A stretch of 59,264 bases of DNA, filler included, from Squatina squatina (Eukaryota), in the NCBI GenBank assembly GCA_031763465.1. It is 3 parts of 3 records of this genome, joined end to end, with 100 filler letters (N's around TTAATTAATTAA, not from the genome) between each part and the next. Parts side by side here need not be neighbours in the genome. Positions count along the whole stretch, not along the records: positions 29,206 to 44,068 come from JARFOE010000100.1; positions 44,169 to 59,264 come from JARFOE010000057.1; 1 more part is not named here. One strand, given 5' to 3'. The translations under genes and the position numbers were made by a program. Numbering within the stretch: the stretch's first letter is position 1; each line of letters starts with the position of its first letter. This document shows positions 35,821 through 50,640 of this stretch, in pieces. Under the pieces are notes generated by a model, which searched no databases, was not told where the DNA came from, and saw only the letters and a list, made by a program, of their open reading frames with translations.

Positions 35821-38152
35821 NNNNNNNNNNNNNNNNNNNNNNNNNNNNNNNNNNNNNNNNNNNNNNNNNNNNNNNNNNNNNNNNNNNNNNNNNNNNNNNN
35901 NNNNNNNNNNNNNNNNNNNNGTTTTACGTCCCACCCAATATTCCTTTCCATTAAAGTCAACTGCAAAACAGGTGGCTGATCCACAACTATCAGCTGCTAG
36001 AGTAATCTATAAAAAGGGTTCTCTCTTTGTTATCCCGAACATGCCATGAAAGTTACCTAGATATCAGGCAAGTATAGAGCTCATGAATAAGAGCCCTGAA
36101 ACACACAAGCCAAAAATACCTAAAGTACAAAAAAGGGTAATAAAGGAAATCCAAAAACAATTTGGGTTTTGATCAATATACACTAATAAATATACACTGT
36201 AAAATTGTGCTCAGCGTGTGGGGAAGGTGGGGTTGTGGAAGAGGGAGGGAGAGTTTAAGGTCTGTTTTTAAAATGGCAGCAGGTATCAGTCAGATAACTC
36301 ACTGGTGCTTTGGGCACAAGCAAGTTATGAAGGTCTTCGTTCACAAATTAGTATAGTGGTTGTAGCTTTTCTGGAGATAGTGTTGATTGTTTCTAAGCAG
36401 CTCTTAAGAACNNNNNNNNNNGGGTGAGTTAATGCACTGAATTATATGCTCTAATTTTACTGCAGCGAATTATCAGAACAGGAAAATATCAAATTCGATA
36501 AATTTTATCCAGACAGACAAACTTACCAACGAGTAATCCAGTATACAACCTGAACATAGTAGCGGTCAGAAGTTAATATTTAATATAAAAATTCTGTTTT
36601 GCAATAAACAACATCTTTCTTTCATGTTCACTGTTGTTTCTATGAATCTTTATTTCCAATTAATGATTTTTAAATGATGCAGCATGATTTTAAATAAAAT
36701 ATGTACATTATGAAAATAAAACAAAGTAATTCATATTTTGGTACATTAAAAACATTTTCTTTCCATTAAATCATAGTTGACAAAAACTTAAAACAAAAAC
36801 TGAACAATAATCTTCAATTTTTTTTCAGCATAGTTAATAGCAATCGTGTACAAATTTCTGCATAATCCCAATAGACTGATTCAAACTGTGACATGAAGCA
36901 GAACACTAACTTGCAAATATAGCTATGACACATTTCCATTGGTTTGTGTCGTATTAGCCATGTGTGTTATATATTCATTTGTAATATGAACTTTGGTGTC
37001 AAACAACATTGAAATCTTTTAAACACCATATAAAATGGGGCAAGAGTACCAGAAATGTCAGTGTTTATGCCATGACCAGAGATAAATATTCTCTTTTCAT
37101 GTAAAAAAAATTTACATCCATGCAATGTCTTTTACATTATTCAGTCGTGTGCATGGATATTTCAGCACCAACCATATCCTTTTTAACAATAAGTCAATGG
37201 ACAGCTCGTACATCAGTGGAGAAGAAAAAATGTTACATCCAAATCAAAATATTGAACATTATTGTCCACTTGATCCATTGCATGTGGTAAGGTGTGGTTG
37301 GGTAATAGAGACACAGGAGTTCAAACTTTGTATCCAGATGGTATGGATCTAGCCGAGTTTGCATTCACACAGTGGTTAAAACAACATAAATTTAATAACA
37401 AATTTTAATACTTTAGACTAGAATCCATTTTTCTTTAAATCATTGTGATGCTTACAGTGTAGACTTTGAGCTGTAGAAGGTTAACCAGAGAGTGTGCGTT
37501 CATTTCATTTTTGAATTCACGAGCACTGTTGATCTGAAGTAGCACACATTAACTGAGTATGTTCTGTTTTCAAATGTTAGCAGTAATATAAAAGAACAGA
37601 AACTGCTGGAATTTTACATGGACAATAAGTACTCAAAAACAGAGTATTTTTACATCAGTAAACTTTTACTTATGGCCACAGTCATTTTTTCATGTAAATT
37701 CATTGCCACTGTTAATAGCGTACCATTCAATATGTAAAATTAAATTTCCTTGGTTAAAAAAGTCTTCAACTGACATTGCTCAAATACTGAGAAAATACTC
37801 TGTTTTATAGTAATTTGAACTCCATTTCTTTATCAAGGAAATGCTGTTAACAAGATTTAAGTTTGCATAGAGCAGCTATGTCTGATCTACTGCTGCAAAA
37901 CTATTCTGCCTTGTTTGAGAGGGAGGTAATTTTTTAAAACAAGCTAAGACATATTTTTTGTATGNNNNNNNNNNNNNNNNNNNNNNNNNNNNNNNNNNNN
38001 NNNNNNNNNNNNNNNNNNNNNNNNNNNNNNNNNNNNNNNNNNNNNNNNNNNNNNNNNNNNNNNNAAAAATGTTATATAAGGACCTGCAAAGAATTGTCAA
38101 ATTAGCACCAGTTCCCTTTAGATTGTATGTATTGTGCATCTGCTACCCTTAC

Positions 38153-38299
38153 CTCATAGAAGCCTCGTACTAAGCTTTCTGTTTGTTGCACAACACCCCT
38201 CTCAATACGCCATTTTACCATCTTTTCAATGTATTCTTTCTTGTTTTTTTCTGCAACAGGGATGTTTGCTCCACCTGGCTTCAGCTCTCTCTCTGTAAT
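38153..38299 (-). CDS. HECW2: HECW2 HECT-domain exon
   Basis: [49 protein letters not shown], near-identical to recalled HECW2 and distinct from HECW1; neighbour of STK17B as in human. Confidence 0.95.
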
Positions 38300-39739
38300 C
38301 TATTCCAAAGAAAACAAACAAGCAATCATTTCTACCCTTGAAGGAACTGAATTTCCATTCATGGTAAACCTATCACACTGTAAAAATAGATATCTTCAAT
38401 AACACACTCGATTGTGATATAGCAATATTAACAGTTATGAAGTTGTGTCCATTGAATGATAACCTCATCAATAAAGTATAACAGCTAAATATTATTCAGA
38501 TTACTATTGCTAGGAATTATGGGCATTCCTCAATGAAAGTGTTGCAAGTAAATAAAGGGTACTGTCATTTGTTTAGTGATACCCCAAAAAATGATCGAGG
38601 TGACGCTGTTCACACTTGGCCAAGAAGACTTAGTTTGGCTAATTACTTTTTTTATGTTTCAACTAGTGAGATTGAGTTATTGCCCATGATCCTTCTGATT
38701 GTGGGTATACTGTTTTTGACACAACAAACAGCAAATATTAAGCTTAAAAGTTTGTACTAATTCTTAAATAAGAATACGAACTGCACTACAATGGTAAATA
38801 AAAGAGGCATTTTGCAAGCTACAAATTTTATTTAAAAATATTACAGCCCCGTGTATATTAATTACAAGAAGAAGCAAGTAGAAACTAAAGGGCACACAGT
38901 GAGGCACAAGGGATAGAATTCATTCCAATAGCAAGGACAACCTAGCCTGTGAGTGGGTTAAATAGTGTACTCTGCAGTTTAGCACAACAATGTGTACTGT
39001 ATTTATATTCTACGAGCGCTGGAGTGGTATTTTGAATCAAATATTATTCACAAGTGTGAATGTTCAAAACAGCAGTCAGATTGTATTAAATGATTTATCT
39101 CAATTTTTGGCGGCNNNNNNNNNNNNNNNNNNNNNNNNNNNNNNNNNNNNNNNNNNNNNNNNNNNNNNNNNNNNNNNNNNNNNNNNNNNNNNNNNNNNNN
39201 NNNNNNNNNNNNNNAAATGCAAAAGTCAAAAATATTGAGTTTAAAAAAAGTAAAAGAAACCCCAAAATGTAGCGGTGAGATCAATTTCACACTTCAACCT
39301 CGGTTTATGTGATCGTCATGGAATGCATTTGCTTGTTGACAAAGAATTAAAATTTCCCTCACGGTGCTTAATATTTCTAGCTGGATCCATGGTGCATCTG
39401 CTAAAAATAACTTTTTTTTTGCAGCTGATGATATCCTGTTCTGATTAGAAATTAATTTTTAAGCACATTTGCCAACTTTGAGCAGCAGGAACATTTTTAA
39501 ATTCAATCAAACAGCTTCTTCTAATTTGGTTACGATGTCTCAAGCAACTATAATGGAGATTTAGTTTGGTACACGATCTGTGAATGCAGATGTGATAAAT
39601 TACAACAGAAGAAATTACCAAGAACATTACGTTTTGACTTTCAGTAGTCTGCAAATTAATGATTTCTTTGGAGGCAAAAGCAGTCTCAGGTACCTTCTAG
39701 TCATACTAAAAATGCATTTGTTCTTTTTCCTTTCCTCCT

Positions 39740-40035
39740 TGCCAATATTATCTCCTTCCCTTCTCAAGGTGTAGACTGCTTACTGGTGCCAATGGCCTAA
39801 GTACCTCACCCAAGCAGCCATTATTCATGAGCAAGCCTTAATAGGGTAGTCACCATGACAAGTCTGATCCTGTCCTCTGTTGACATCTACATGCTCACAC
39901 ATCCAGAAAAGATCAGGAGCAGTAATCCTTACCAACCTCTCAAGACCCAGAAGCACTTGGGACAATAAAGCACTCCAGCACTGCCCCATTAGAGATCCGC
40001 TAACTCAGCACAGACTTGGGGTTAAACCTAGGATA
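39740..40035 (-). mobile_element. Degraded SINE-like interspersed repeat
   Basis: Reverse complement resembles 50210-50640; a related copy lies at 53340-53590. Confidence 0.45.
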
Positions 40036-42237
40036 CTTTTTATTTATATCTTTTTTAATTATTCTGTGTTTAGGAAGGTGCAAAAAGGACAGGGTGGACA
40101 AGGTGACCACACATACAAATATTAAACAGCAATATAATATAATTAAGATTGTGAGCAATACCAAGACTGTAATCTAATCCTGTTTTGACGGTTATAAACC
40201 AGTCAAATTTTACTTGCATGGTTTATGCTCTCTGAACCTCTGTTATATTTTTGTATTCCCAGGTATTTATTATTCTCTGTTTAATAGTTCTCTATAAATG
40301 AAGTGACTTAGAGCAGCCCTCATTATAAAACCTGAGAGACCACATTAAGTTTATGTCATCATGAGTCAATCTGAGCATAATTTGAAGAAATGGGCCTCAA
40401 GTCATTCAAACTGAACTAATTAAAATATATTTTAGACTACTATAATTCGAGTGCTATAATTAGATTCAAAATTACTGAAGCAGCTGTAAGTGTCATTTGA
40501 TCAAACAGTTGGTCATAATGATATTCCAGTTTGATTGCCACCATGTTACCATTTTTCATTCTCTGGGACTGAGTGAAACAGTGAAGAGTGGTACAGATAT
40601 TGACAGAACCAGTTCATTGTTCCAGAATAAATTTCCACAAATTTAATGCATATCTTGACACTAGCATCTTGAAAAATCTCATCTTCTCAAAAATGCCATT
40701 TGTTGAAATCTTGCTTATTAAACATGTAATATTCTTCTGACCTCACCTACTATTGCTGCTGAAAATGAAGTGTCAAAAATTTCTCAATGATTTAATCATT
40801 ATTTCACCTGAGTTAACCAAAAGAATGAAACAGATTTGATGTAGAGATAGGACAAAATGTTATCTGGTGTGCCAATCATCTGAAAGTAACAGAAATTCCA
40901 ACTGTTAAAAATATGAACAAGCTTTCTTTTTTAAAGATTTGTTTTGAAAAGGTATATCTGCTTTTTTATTGACACATCCACTGGGTATGGATGTATGAAT
41001 TTTCAGTTAGAACTGTGAATATATGTATCTGCTCAATTCTACAATAACACACTTTATTTTATCCTAAAGCTATTGATATATTTAAGTTTACTGGTCAAAG
41101 CATCACCACTGGTCAAATTTGATGCAGGCAAGCAACAACTAGCTTTTGAATTANNNNNNNNNNNNNNNNNNNNNNNNNNNNNNNNNNNNNNNNNNNNNNN
41201 NNNNNNNNNNNNNNNNNNNNNNNNNNNNNNNNNNNNNNNNNNNNNNNNNNNNNTTTCACTTATAATTTTGCTTGTTGCAGTTAAAAGAATAATTCTGAGA
41301 CACTGAAAATCCTTAAATGCACCATCAGTAGATGAGTGGAGGAATTTTGGTCCCATAGTTATCAAAATGATTGTTGCCATCAGTGTTAAGTAACTACTCA
41401 AAGATGAGGCGGTATTCTTTGAAGAATGTGATCGAAATAATCCTATCTGTCTTTGAAGATTAAGAGCTAAATTTACAGACATTATTTGATGCAAATTCAT
41501 TTAAGATTTAAGTTATGAACATGATACTGAAAAGCAAATCATAACAATATGGTGAGACCATGGGATAAAAGGAAACCATTAAAAACATCCCAGATTGTAC
41601 AATTTCAGGTAATTAATTTATCTGATTGATGAATTCATTAAACCTAACTGCCAGTTTTAAGAAAGCAGCAGAGTAGGGTGGGTAAGGAAAAAATGAAATA
41701 GGAGCCAGTGAGTGAAGGCACAAAAGGTGACAAAGGAGATGCCAGAGTGTGGTCTGTTCAGAACCAGCTTTTCTTTTCTTGCTTCTCTAAGGTCCATGGC
41801 AGCATTTCTATAGCTCATTCTCAAGTATGACAAGTTACAAAACAATTCCAATCAGTTAAGTCTGCAACACTAATCACTGCTGTAAATTTCATCGCTATCA
41901 TTGTTACTATAATCAGATTTGTTTTGTCTCAAATACTGCTGACAGAAAATCTCACCAAAAGGAGGACATGCTCAATGAATAAATGTATGGCATCCTGTTC
42001 TCAGTAGTAACTATAACATCAACATTTTCTTGGTTCTACGACAAATATGTTGTGAAGCAAAAATTAAATCTTACACTATGTATATACTTTGGGGCATCAG
42101 TAGAGTAACTGTGGCAACACTATGTGTAGATGATGCAAATGGGACAATGAAGATGGTGCTTAAACAGTACAACAGTTTTACATTTCAATATAATGCTCAT
42201 ACCAATTCACATTCCCCCCTCATAGCAGAAATACTTA

Positions 42238-42396
<159 letters not shown>

Positions 42397-43865
42397 TCAC
42401 AACAGGGTTTTGTTTTGTTAAAATGTCTCTTCACAGCTTTGAGACTGCTTACTCATAGACGAGCAATATACAGGCGATTGTACTGGCTACACCAGCAACA
42501 ACAACTACTTGCATTTATATAGCGGCTGTGGCTCGGCCCTAAACTCTGAAATTCCCTCCCTAAACTTCTCTATCCTCCTTTAAGATGCTCCACTCAACAC
42601 TCAATTGATCATTTTTTTGTATCAGTGTAAATTGCTGAAAACTTTGTTAAAATATTTTGAAGGGTGTTGTTTTGCCAGCTCCTACTGACTTTTATCTATC
42701 AAGTTTAAGGTTCAATTACAATAGAATCCTTCAGAACAAATGTTGAACTCTGATGGATTTATATTACAGTGGATGCACTTAAGGTCAGTTCTGATAACAT
42801 CAAACAGTGCACAACTTAGTGAGACATTTCCATGAGCAACACCACTTGCAGTCCCTGTAATGTAAATAGATGTTAAGTGAAGATAGCAGATCTTTTACAG
42901 TGGTTATTAGTCACCACATTGAATGCAGCTCAAAAATCTCTCTTTTTCAAAATCACAGCAGTATTAAACATTGTATAATAACCCCTTTGGCTTTTCTTAC
43001 GAGCTATTTTTAACAATAGTAAACATGTTGAAGACCAGAAATAAATGGAGGCTGGCGGCCCTGNNNNNNNNNNNNNNNNNNNNNNNNNNNNNNNNNNNNN
43101 NNNNNNNNNNNNNNNNNNNNNNNNNNNNNNNNNNNNNNNNNNNNNNNNNNNNNNNNNNNNNNNTATACAGAATGCGCACAATATTAGAAATGATTATGAA
43201 ATAAGTTTACTATAGCATATTTTGAAGCATGCCCATCATGTTGTACTGCCTTCTTGTTCAACCATTCTCTCTCAATCTTGCCCTAAACACCCATGTTTAA
43301 TAAACGTTAATTACAATTTATGAGGCAGGATAACACCACATCTGACTAAGTTCTACATCTATTAATTAGAAATCCAACTTGACAGCTCATATTTCACCAA
43401 CAAATCCAATCTGTTGGATAGGTGCCAAACTCAGACTTTGCATAAAACCCTGTAATCCAAGAGTTATTGACAAACCAATGCACTATTCATTTTCTGCTGA
43501 TCTTATCATCTTCATTTGCACTTTGACAGATACATTAAACACTGCAACTCTGTCGGGCACACATTTTTGTGTGGAGTACAGCACACACTCGTTAGAAATC
43601 AGCAATCCATATGGTGTACATTTTAGTGATGCTGAGGTATGAGGTGAATAAAGTTCTGGTCTGTGATGAGCCTGAGCTCAACTCAGATACTGTCTCATAT
43701 AGTTTGTTGATGTGACATCATCATCCTATGAAAAGAATGATATTTACGCTATGTAGTACTAACTGTGAGCAAAGGATAAGCTTTTATTCATTGTCTACTA
43801 CACTTGTACAATATTAAACAAGGTTCAGATTCTAATAATATCTCACTTATTTATCTGTGTACTTA

Positions 43866-43982
<117 letters not shown>

Positions 43983-44068
43983 TCATTACAGAAGATTATC
44001 AAAATATAACCATTTATTTTTGAAAAAGAGAAAAACAAGAACAAACCATAATTTTATCCAGCACTTCA

Positions 44069-44168
44069 NNNNNNNNNNNNNNNNNNNNNNNNNNNNNNNN
44101 NNNNNNNNNNNNTTAATTAATTAANNNNNNNNNNNNNNNNNNNNNNNNNNNNNNNNNNNNNNNNNNNN
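44069..44168. other. Artificial scaffold-joining linker
   Basis: N44-TTAATTAATTAA-N44, identical in design to 29106-29205. Confidence 0.95.
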
Positions 44169-44647
44169 GGGCCGAATGGCCTCCTTCTCCGCTGAATAAG
44201 TCTGGTGAAAATGTAATGAACTGTATTGAGATAACGGATGCTACACTAAAACATTTCCCAGCTCTGGTGAAAGTTGAGGGGGGGCGGCTGGGGAGGGAAA
44301 GAGAAGAGGAGATTGAGACACATGCGCAGTTTCATGTATCAAAGGAGTTACATTAAGAAATTAGCAATTCCCTATTTGGCCTAGCTATATTAAATTCACA
44401 TAATCCCTGTTGATTTACATTTTCAGCATTGCCACGAGAACGTTAAGCTAATCAGACAAAAAGAACCTACTTAAAGTCTACAAATCATATCTAGCAGTAC
44501 AGCANNNNNNNNNNATCTTATTCCAACATTCATAAAAACATGTAGTGCTTACAATGTTATTTTAGCAATAAAGTTGCCATACCACACTGATGAATGTAAC
44601 AGCTTTCTTTATTAGTTATTTTGGAATGCCAGAACAGAATGACATTA

Positions 44648-44836
<189 letters not shown>

Positions 44837-45986
44837 CTATTCCTGCCATCAATATCATGAACTCAAAAATGAAAGATTAAGCCACTGAACATTTAACCAT
44901 TAAGACTTTCCCAAGTAGTGCTCTACACTCAGCATTAACTTGCTCATGAACAAGCTAGTTTTTTTTTCAAAATTTGCCATCAATATTCTCAATTAAAATA
45001 ATTCCAGATGAATAGATATACTGATTATATTTTCAATTTTTAAAAAAATATTTTAACAAAATAGCTGGCCAACGCTACAAACTGTAAAACAGAGGATCCC
45101 ACTCAATAGATTATCTGCTCCACATTCAGTCTTTCCCCATCTGAACTCAGCCGTGCAATATCCCTTGCTACAATTGCAGCAGCTCATGCCCAATCTTGGA
45201 TGGGATGTTTAAAATCTGCTNNNNNNNNNNNNNNNNNNNNNNNNNNNNNNNNNNNNNNNNNNNNNNNNNNNNNNNNNNNNNNNNNNNNNNNNNNNNNNNN
45301 NNNNNNNNNNNNNNNNNNNNTCAAATCAATGGCACTCGACAGGTTACAGCTGGTTCCGAAGCAGCACTGTCCAATTTGCCCACTTGATGCAAGAGTGTGC
45401 CATTAAAAAAATACAACTATGACCAAACAAATGCACAGTCAACATCAGTGAGCATTAAGCACATTTTCAATATTCCAAAGGGTTTTGAACTCAACCACAA
45501 GACAAACTCTGGTAGATCAAAGTCCAACATCGGTGATAGATTAAAAAAAAGTGTAACAATTGTGCACAATAAAACTCTCGCAGGTCTCCTGTTGCTTTCA
45601 CCCTTTTGTTGCACACTTGTGCAGCCGACTGGGCAAACCCGATGCAACAAGTTACTGAACAATCTATTTTCCGCCAGCGTGAATTTATTCTTTGACAAAC
45701 CCCTCTTTAAAAGAAAATAAATTGTGCAAAAATAAAAAGACATCTGTGCATCGCAACATGCGCAACGTCTCGCACACACACACAAAACGCCAGTTTAACA
45801 ACTCCGGGGCCTAGCGAGGCCTGCACTGGCTGCAAAGCAGGGACTGCCGAGGCCGCCAATGCTGCTGCACTCAACTCAAAAGAAAAAAACTTTTGTCTCT
45901 CTCTCTTCTCACAACTTGTGTAACCGGTGCGCGGCTCCGGCAATAAATAAATACAGAAAGAAAGAAATAGGCGGCGAGGCACGTAC

Positions 45987-46102
45987 CAGACGGAGCCGTA
46001 AGCCCCTGAGCCGACGGGGGAGAGGTTCTGGTATCTCTCGGGCACTTCCCAGATTGTCTTATTCAACTCCTGCTTGTAAAAGTGCGGCCTGACTTCTGAC
46101 AT
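45987..46102 (-). CDS. MAPK14: p38 alpha MAP kinase, first coding exon
   Basis: [38 protein letters not shown], versus recalled human [38 protein letters not shown]; CpG-rich context; gtacgt donor. Confidence 0.95.
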
Positions 46103-46917
46103 TGTGTGNNNNNNNNNNNNNNNNNNNNNNNNNNNNNNNNNNNNNNNNNNNNNNNNNNNNNNNNNNNNNNNNNNNNNNNNNNNNNNNNNNNNNNNNNNNN
46201 NNNNNNNNATCAATCACTTTACAGATTCCAATGGGCTATTTATCCAAAAATAACCGTTAAAAATTGTTAATGTTCTGGTTAAGGATCCCACTTTATAAAC
46301 TTTACCACAACACCCTAAATTATGAATAAAGCATTACATTTATTATTAACCTATAGTACACATCATTTCGGGAAGACAGAAGCAAACATAGTCAACTGGA
46401 CCAATATACAACAATCTCATCATCTCAGACAAAAGAAGCCAAAACAGAATTTCCTCTTAAAAAAAAATGGAAACTTAAGTGTTTCATATTAAGTTCAGAA
46501 ATTGCAAAAGAAACCCAGTTTAAACGATTACTTCAGGATTATAGTTTCAATTTTAAAAAATTCTGAAAGGTTACTGAACTACATAACCTTCAAAACTGCA
46601 ATAATCAATGATCTTATCTAATTGTCTGACTAGTCTTTCATGATGTTGTTTCCAAGTGAAACAGAAGATCTGCTATAAGCATACACCTTGGAATTAAGGG
46701 ACAGATTTCATACGGACCATGTATACACCAGCAATTAACTACTTTTCCATTGGCCAGTGTTTCTTCCAAGCACCTCCAGGATAGCACGAGTGGGGAGACG
46801 GTAGAGTGTTCAGTTCTTGTATAGAAAGAAAATATTATCTGATCTTAATCCTTGTTGAATAGTTTTGCTAACTATATTGGTCCTCTTAGGTTCTTCGTCA
46901 AGTTTGGACTGCTGGTG

Positions 46918-46980
46918 TCATTTAATAAACAAAACATAAACACCCATGACAAGGCAAGACAGTGCCACTGGTACATGAAG
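46918..46980 (-). CDS. TMEM167B: TMEM167B (kish-B) last coding exon, partial
   Basis: LHVPVALSCLVMGVYVLFIK-stop, versus recalled human LHAAVAIACVVMAFYVLFIK. Confidence 0.9.
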   Translation of the reverse strand, partial: LHVPVALSCLVMGVYVLFIK

Positions 46981-47402
46981 NNNNNNNNNNNNNNNNNNNN
47001 NNNNNNNNNNNNNNNNNNNNNNNNNNNNNNNNNNNNNNNNNNNNNNNNNNNNNNNNNNNNNNNNNNNNNNNNNNNNNNNNNNNNNNNNNNNNNNNNNNNN
47101 NNNNNNNNNNNNNNNNNNNNNNNNNNNNNNNNNNNNNNNNNNNNNNNNNNNNNNNNNNNNNNNNNNNNNNNNNNNNNNNNNNNNNNNNNNNNNNNNNNNN
47201 NNNNNNNNNNNNNNNNNNNNNNNNNNNNNNNNNNNNNNNNNNNNNNNNNNNNNNNNNNNNNNNNNNNNNNNNNNNNNNNNNNNNNNNNNNNNNNNNNNNN
47301 NNNNNNNNNNNNNNNNNNNNNNNNNNNNNNNNNNNNNNNNNNNNNNNNNNNNNNNNNNNNNNNNNNNNNNNNNNNNNNNNNNNNNNNNNNNNNNNNNNNN
47401 NN

Positions 47403-47525
47403 GTATGGGGAGAAAGCAGGAACAGGGTACTGAATTTGTATGATCAGCCATGATCATATTGAATGGAAGAACAGGCTTGATGGGTCGAATAGAATACTCC
47501 TGCTCCTATTTTCTATGTTTTCCAT
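47403..47525 (+). mobile_element. CR1 LINE 3' tail
   Basis: gatcagccatgatcatattgaatgg..atgggtcgaat..actcctgctcctattttctatgt, similar to 53822-53900. Confidence 0.8.
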
Positions 47526-47717
47526 GTACAACCAAATGTGTTAACCAATACTGATTAGTTTTAATAATCAATAGAACTTGTACCAATAGGTCATACAAAT
47601 CAAAAGTTACTATATGGTTGTTGTATAATCTCTCTCTGAGGACAATAGTGATTTTACCATATTCTAAAACAGATTAAAAGATTTTGTTCATCGAATCTAG
47701 TATGCATATTGCTTTAC

Positions 47718-47849
47718 CTTTGTAAAATACTCCCCATACCCCTTTCTTTTCGGAAAGTAACCATTTATTTAATCTTGGAACTTTCTTTAAGTATGCACAG
47801 GTGCATATGAAAAGCAAGCCAAAAACCAGGAGCCCATCGAAAGAATATA
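47718..47849 (-). CDS. TMEM167B: TMEM167B exon 2
   Basis: (V)[43 protein letters not shown], versus recalled human [44 protein letters not shown]. Confidence 0.95.
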
Positions 47850-49087
47850 CTGCAAAACATAAGAGGGAATTTGGTTAGAACTGAAAGAGTCTTATCCAAT
47901 GCATTTAAAATGCATTCTTTAGATGTTAACAAATCATATAAAATCTGTATATGTATTTGACAGCATTTTCATATGAATTCTCATACATGTGTAGGCTGTT
48001 TTTATGTATTACGTTTGCAACACCTGAGAGTGTAAAGAAGCATCTAAAACACTAAATCACACACGGTGCAGCCTCACTTCTATTACTAATGCTGCTGACT
48101 CGTAACACTTGTTAACAGTCAACAACACAAGTGAGACACACTGAAGAATTATATCTTCGTCATACTGGCTGGGTTATAACTGCCTGTTGCAATGTTGCTT
48201 CAAGCTTCAGCGGAAACTGACGTTCNNNNNNNNNNNNNNNNNNNNNNNNNNNNNNNNNNNNNNNNNNNNNNNNNNNNNNNNNNNNNNNNNNNNNNNNNNN
48301 NNNNNNNNNNNNNNNNNNNNNNNNNCTAAGGACGAGATACCACTTGTGCAAAGCAAATGGCAGAGAGGAGTAAATCGATCTGGAAATTTGTAACTCACAG
48401 CGTATCTCTTAATGTCCTGAACCTGCTGGCTGATGTGTGCATTAATAATGGTGTGTGCCATTAACATGTTCCCTGCTTGCCATATTGGGGACTTTGTAGG
48501 CCAGTTAGCACCCAAAAAATGGCCATTGCCTGGATGAATTTATCGTCAAAAACCTGCAGAATAGGAGACACCGAGTTGCAATATTTTATTTTAGTTTGTT
48601 CTCTGCTTTTCATTGAACATTTGATTTCACATTTCGTCCCAGATAAACAATTGCTTGGCATTGTGTTTTATGAACTTTAAATTTAATTTTTCAATAAAAC
48701 TTCTATAAATGGGTGACGGACTTTTGAGATGTCTTTCTTGATTGATTCTTCATACAATCGTGTCTTTCTTTTCTCCCTCCCCTTATTTACTGATACATCC
48801 TGTGCCACCAAACCAGTGACTACTCTGACTGGCACGTTGGCATCGGAAACAGTATCAGATCAGTTAGACTGAAACCACTTTAAATAGGCGATCTTGAGGC
48901 TTCCAGATCATTCGTTACTCGCTGTCTCAGCCTGTCTTTATTTCTCTGAACAAGTTGCACATCTTCAAATCTTTGAACCACAACTGTGTCACATCTGTCG
49001 ACGAACTAAGGGAAATAGCTGAACCTCTTCTTTCACCAACTTTTCAAATTTAATTTGAAGCGAGAGCAAATTTGCAACAGAACCAAA

Positions 49088-49578
49088 ATGCCCACTGAAG
49101 TCACTGAGCAGCAGGACTTTTCCTATTCGTATCATGTCTATCCTTCCTATTTTGACGATCCTGACTATTTCGACGACACAAATGGAGAAGTCTGTTCTTA
49201 TGAGAACTTACCTTTTGTGAACATTTCTATCTCAGTTCTCTATTACCTGATCTTCATCGCTGGGTCTTTGGGTAATATGTTCGTCATCTTAGTAATGGTC
49301 TTCAAAGAGAAGAGGAGGAGGAGACTGGTGGACACCTTTGTGATCAACCTGGCTTTTGCAGACCTGGTCTTTGTCTTCACCTTGCCTTTTTGGGCAGCCT
49401 CGGCCAGCAACAACCACCAGTGGACCTTCGGCAGTGAGTTCTGCAAAATCAGCAGCTACATCATTGCTGTCAACAGGTATTCCAGCATCTTCTTCCTTAC
49501 CTGTATGAGCATAGACCGATATCTAGCCATCGTTAAGTTGCTGGACTTCAAGCATATCAGAACCCAGAAATACGCCAT
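49088..49578 (+). CDS. GPR25: GPR25, class A chemoattractant-like GPCR (N terminus to intracellular loop 2, then a gap)
   Basis: TM1 GN, RRLVDTFV, NLA.ADL, TLPFW, W.FG..FCK and DRYLAIVKLL match recalled GPR25 (RRLVDTFV..DRYLAVVKLL); next to INAVA as in human 1q32. Confidence 0.88.
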
Positions 49579-50204
49579 NNNNNNNNNNNNNNNNNNNNNN
49601 NNNNNNNNNNNNNNNNNNNNNNNNNNNNNNNNNNNNNNNNNNNNNNNNNNNNNNNNNNNNNNNNNNNNNNNNNNNNNNGGAAATTGGAAAACTGGGATAA
49701 ACCCAAATGAATGAGAATTGGGCCAATTCAGAATAATCTGTCTGTTTGAACTAAAGGCTATGATTTGCGGGATTATGAACTAATAGTTGGATCCAAGGGG
49801 GTAAATTTTTGTCTTCACCACATGGGCAGTAAACTAGTGGAGCGGATCGCCTGCCCGTTATGGAACTCTGCCAACTTTCATTCCATTAATTTCATGCAAT
49901 GGAGACAAAAATGTACCCCCAAGTTTCATGAATCCGAGTCAGCACAACGTCTAGACCTAGATCGTGATCAGAATCAGAATCTCAGGCTGCAATTCCCCAA
50001 GGGCTGCTGAGACTAATTGCACCATGCCTACAGTTTGCTGGCCATGACTTTGCCTATCCTTACAGCCACGTTGGTGCAAATTGTTCCTGGAGCTCATTAA
50101 ATTTCCACTGGAGCTTATTACAACTGGTCAGAATTGCCCCATGGTCCATCAAGACACAAAAAGGAAAATACATTAAAATATTTTCAACTATAAAAAAAAT
50201 GAAA

Positions 50205-50640
50205 AGCTCTCTCGATGGTTTGGTGGGTAAGTGGACTATATGGTATGCTGTTGGGCCGTTCATAACCAGTGATCTCACATTCGCCCCTGGTCAGTGCTGG
50301 TCTTGCTGAGTTAGGCTGACCTCAGCAAGAGCAGCGTTAGAGACACTTCAATTCATCTCAGCATCCCTGGGTAAGAAATGGGAAAAAGAACACAATCAGC
50401 CATGTTCCTGGTGGCTATCTAGTGAGCCCTGTTGAAAAATTGTCTGCATGTGTGGACATTGGCTGAGGACAAGATCGGGTTCGTCTGTGATGCCCCCATG
50501 CTTGAGTTGCCCACCGTCACTCACTGTTCAAACTTGCACATGAAGAATGACTAATTGACTGAGGCACTACAGGACATCCAGTTCCAGTTCTCATGGAACT
50601 CTATCCTGGGCAAGGGACACCTCCTTCAAGGGAGAAGGGG
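50205..50640 (+). mobile_element. SINE-like interspersed repeat with a degenerate tRNA-like head
   Basis: A-box-like gatggtttggtgggtaag start; related inverted copies at 39740-40035 and 53340-53590. Confidence 0.45.
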
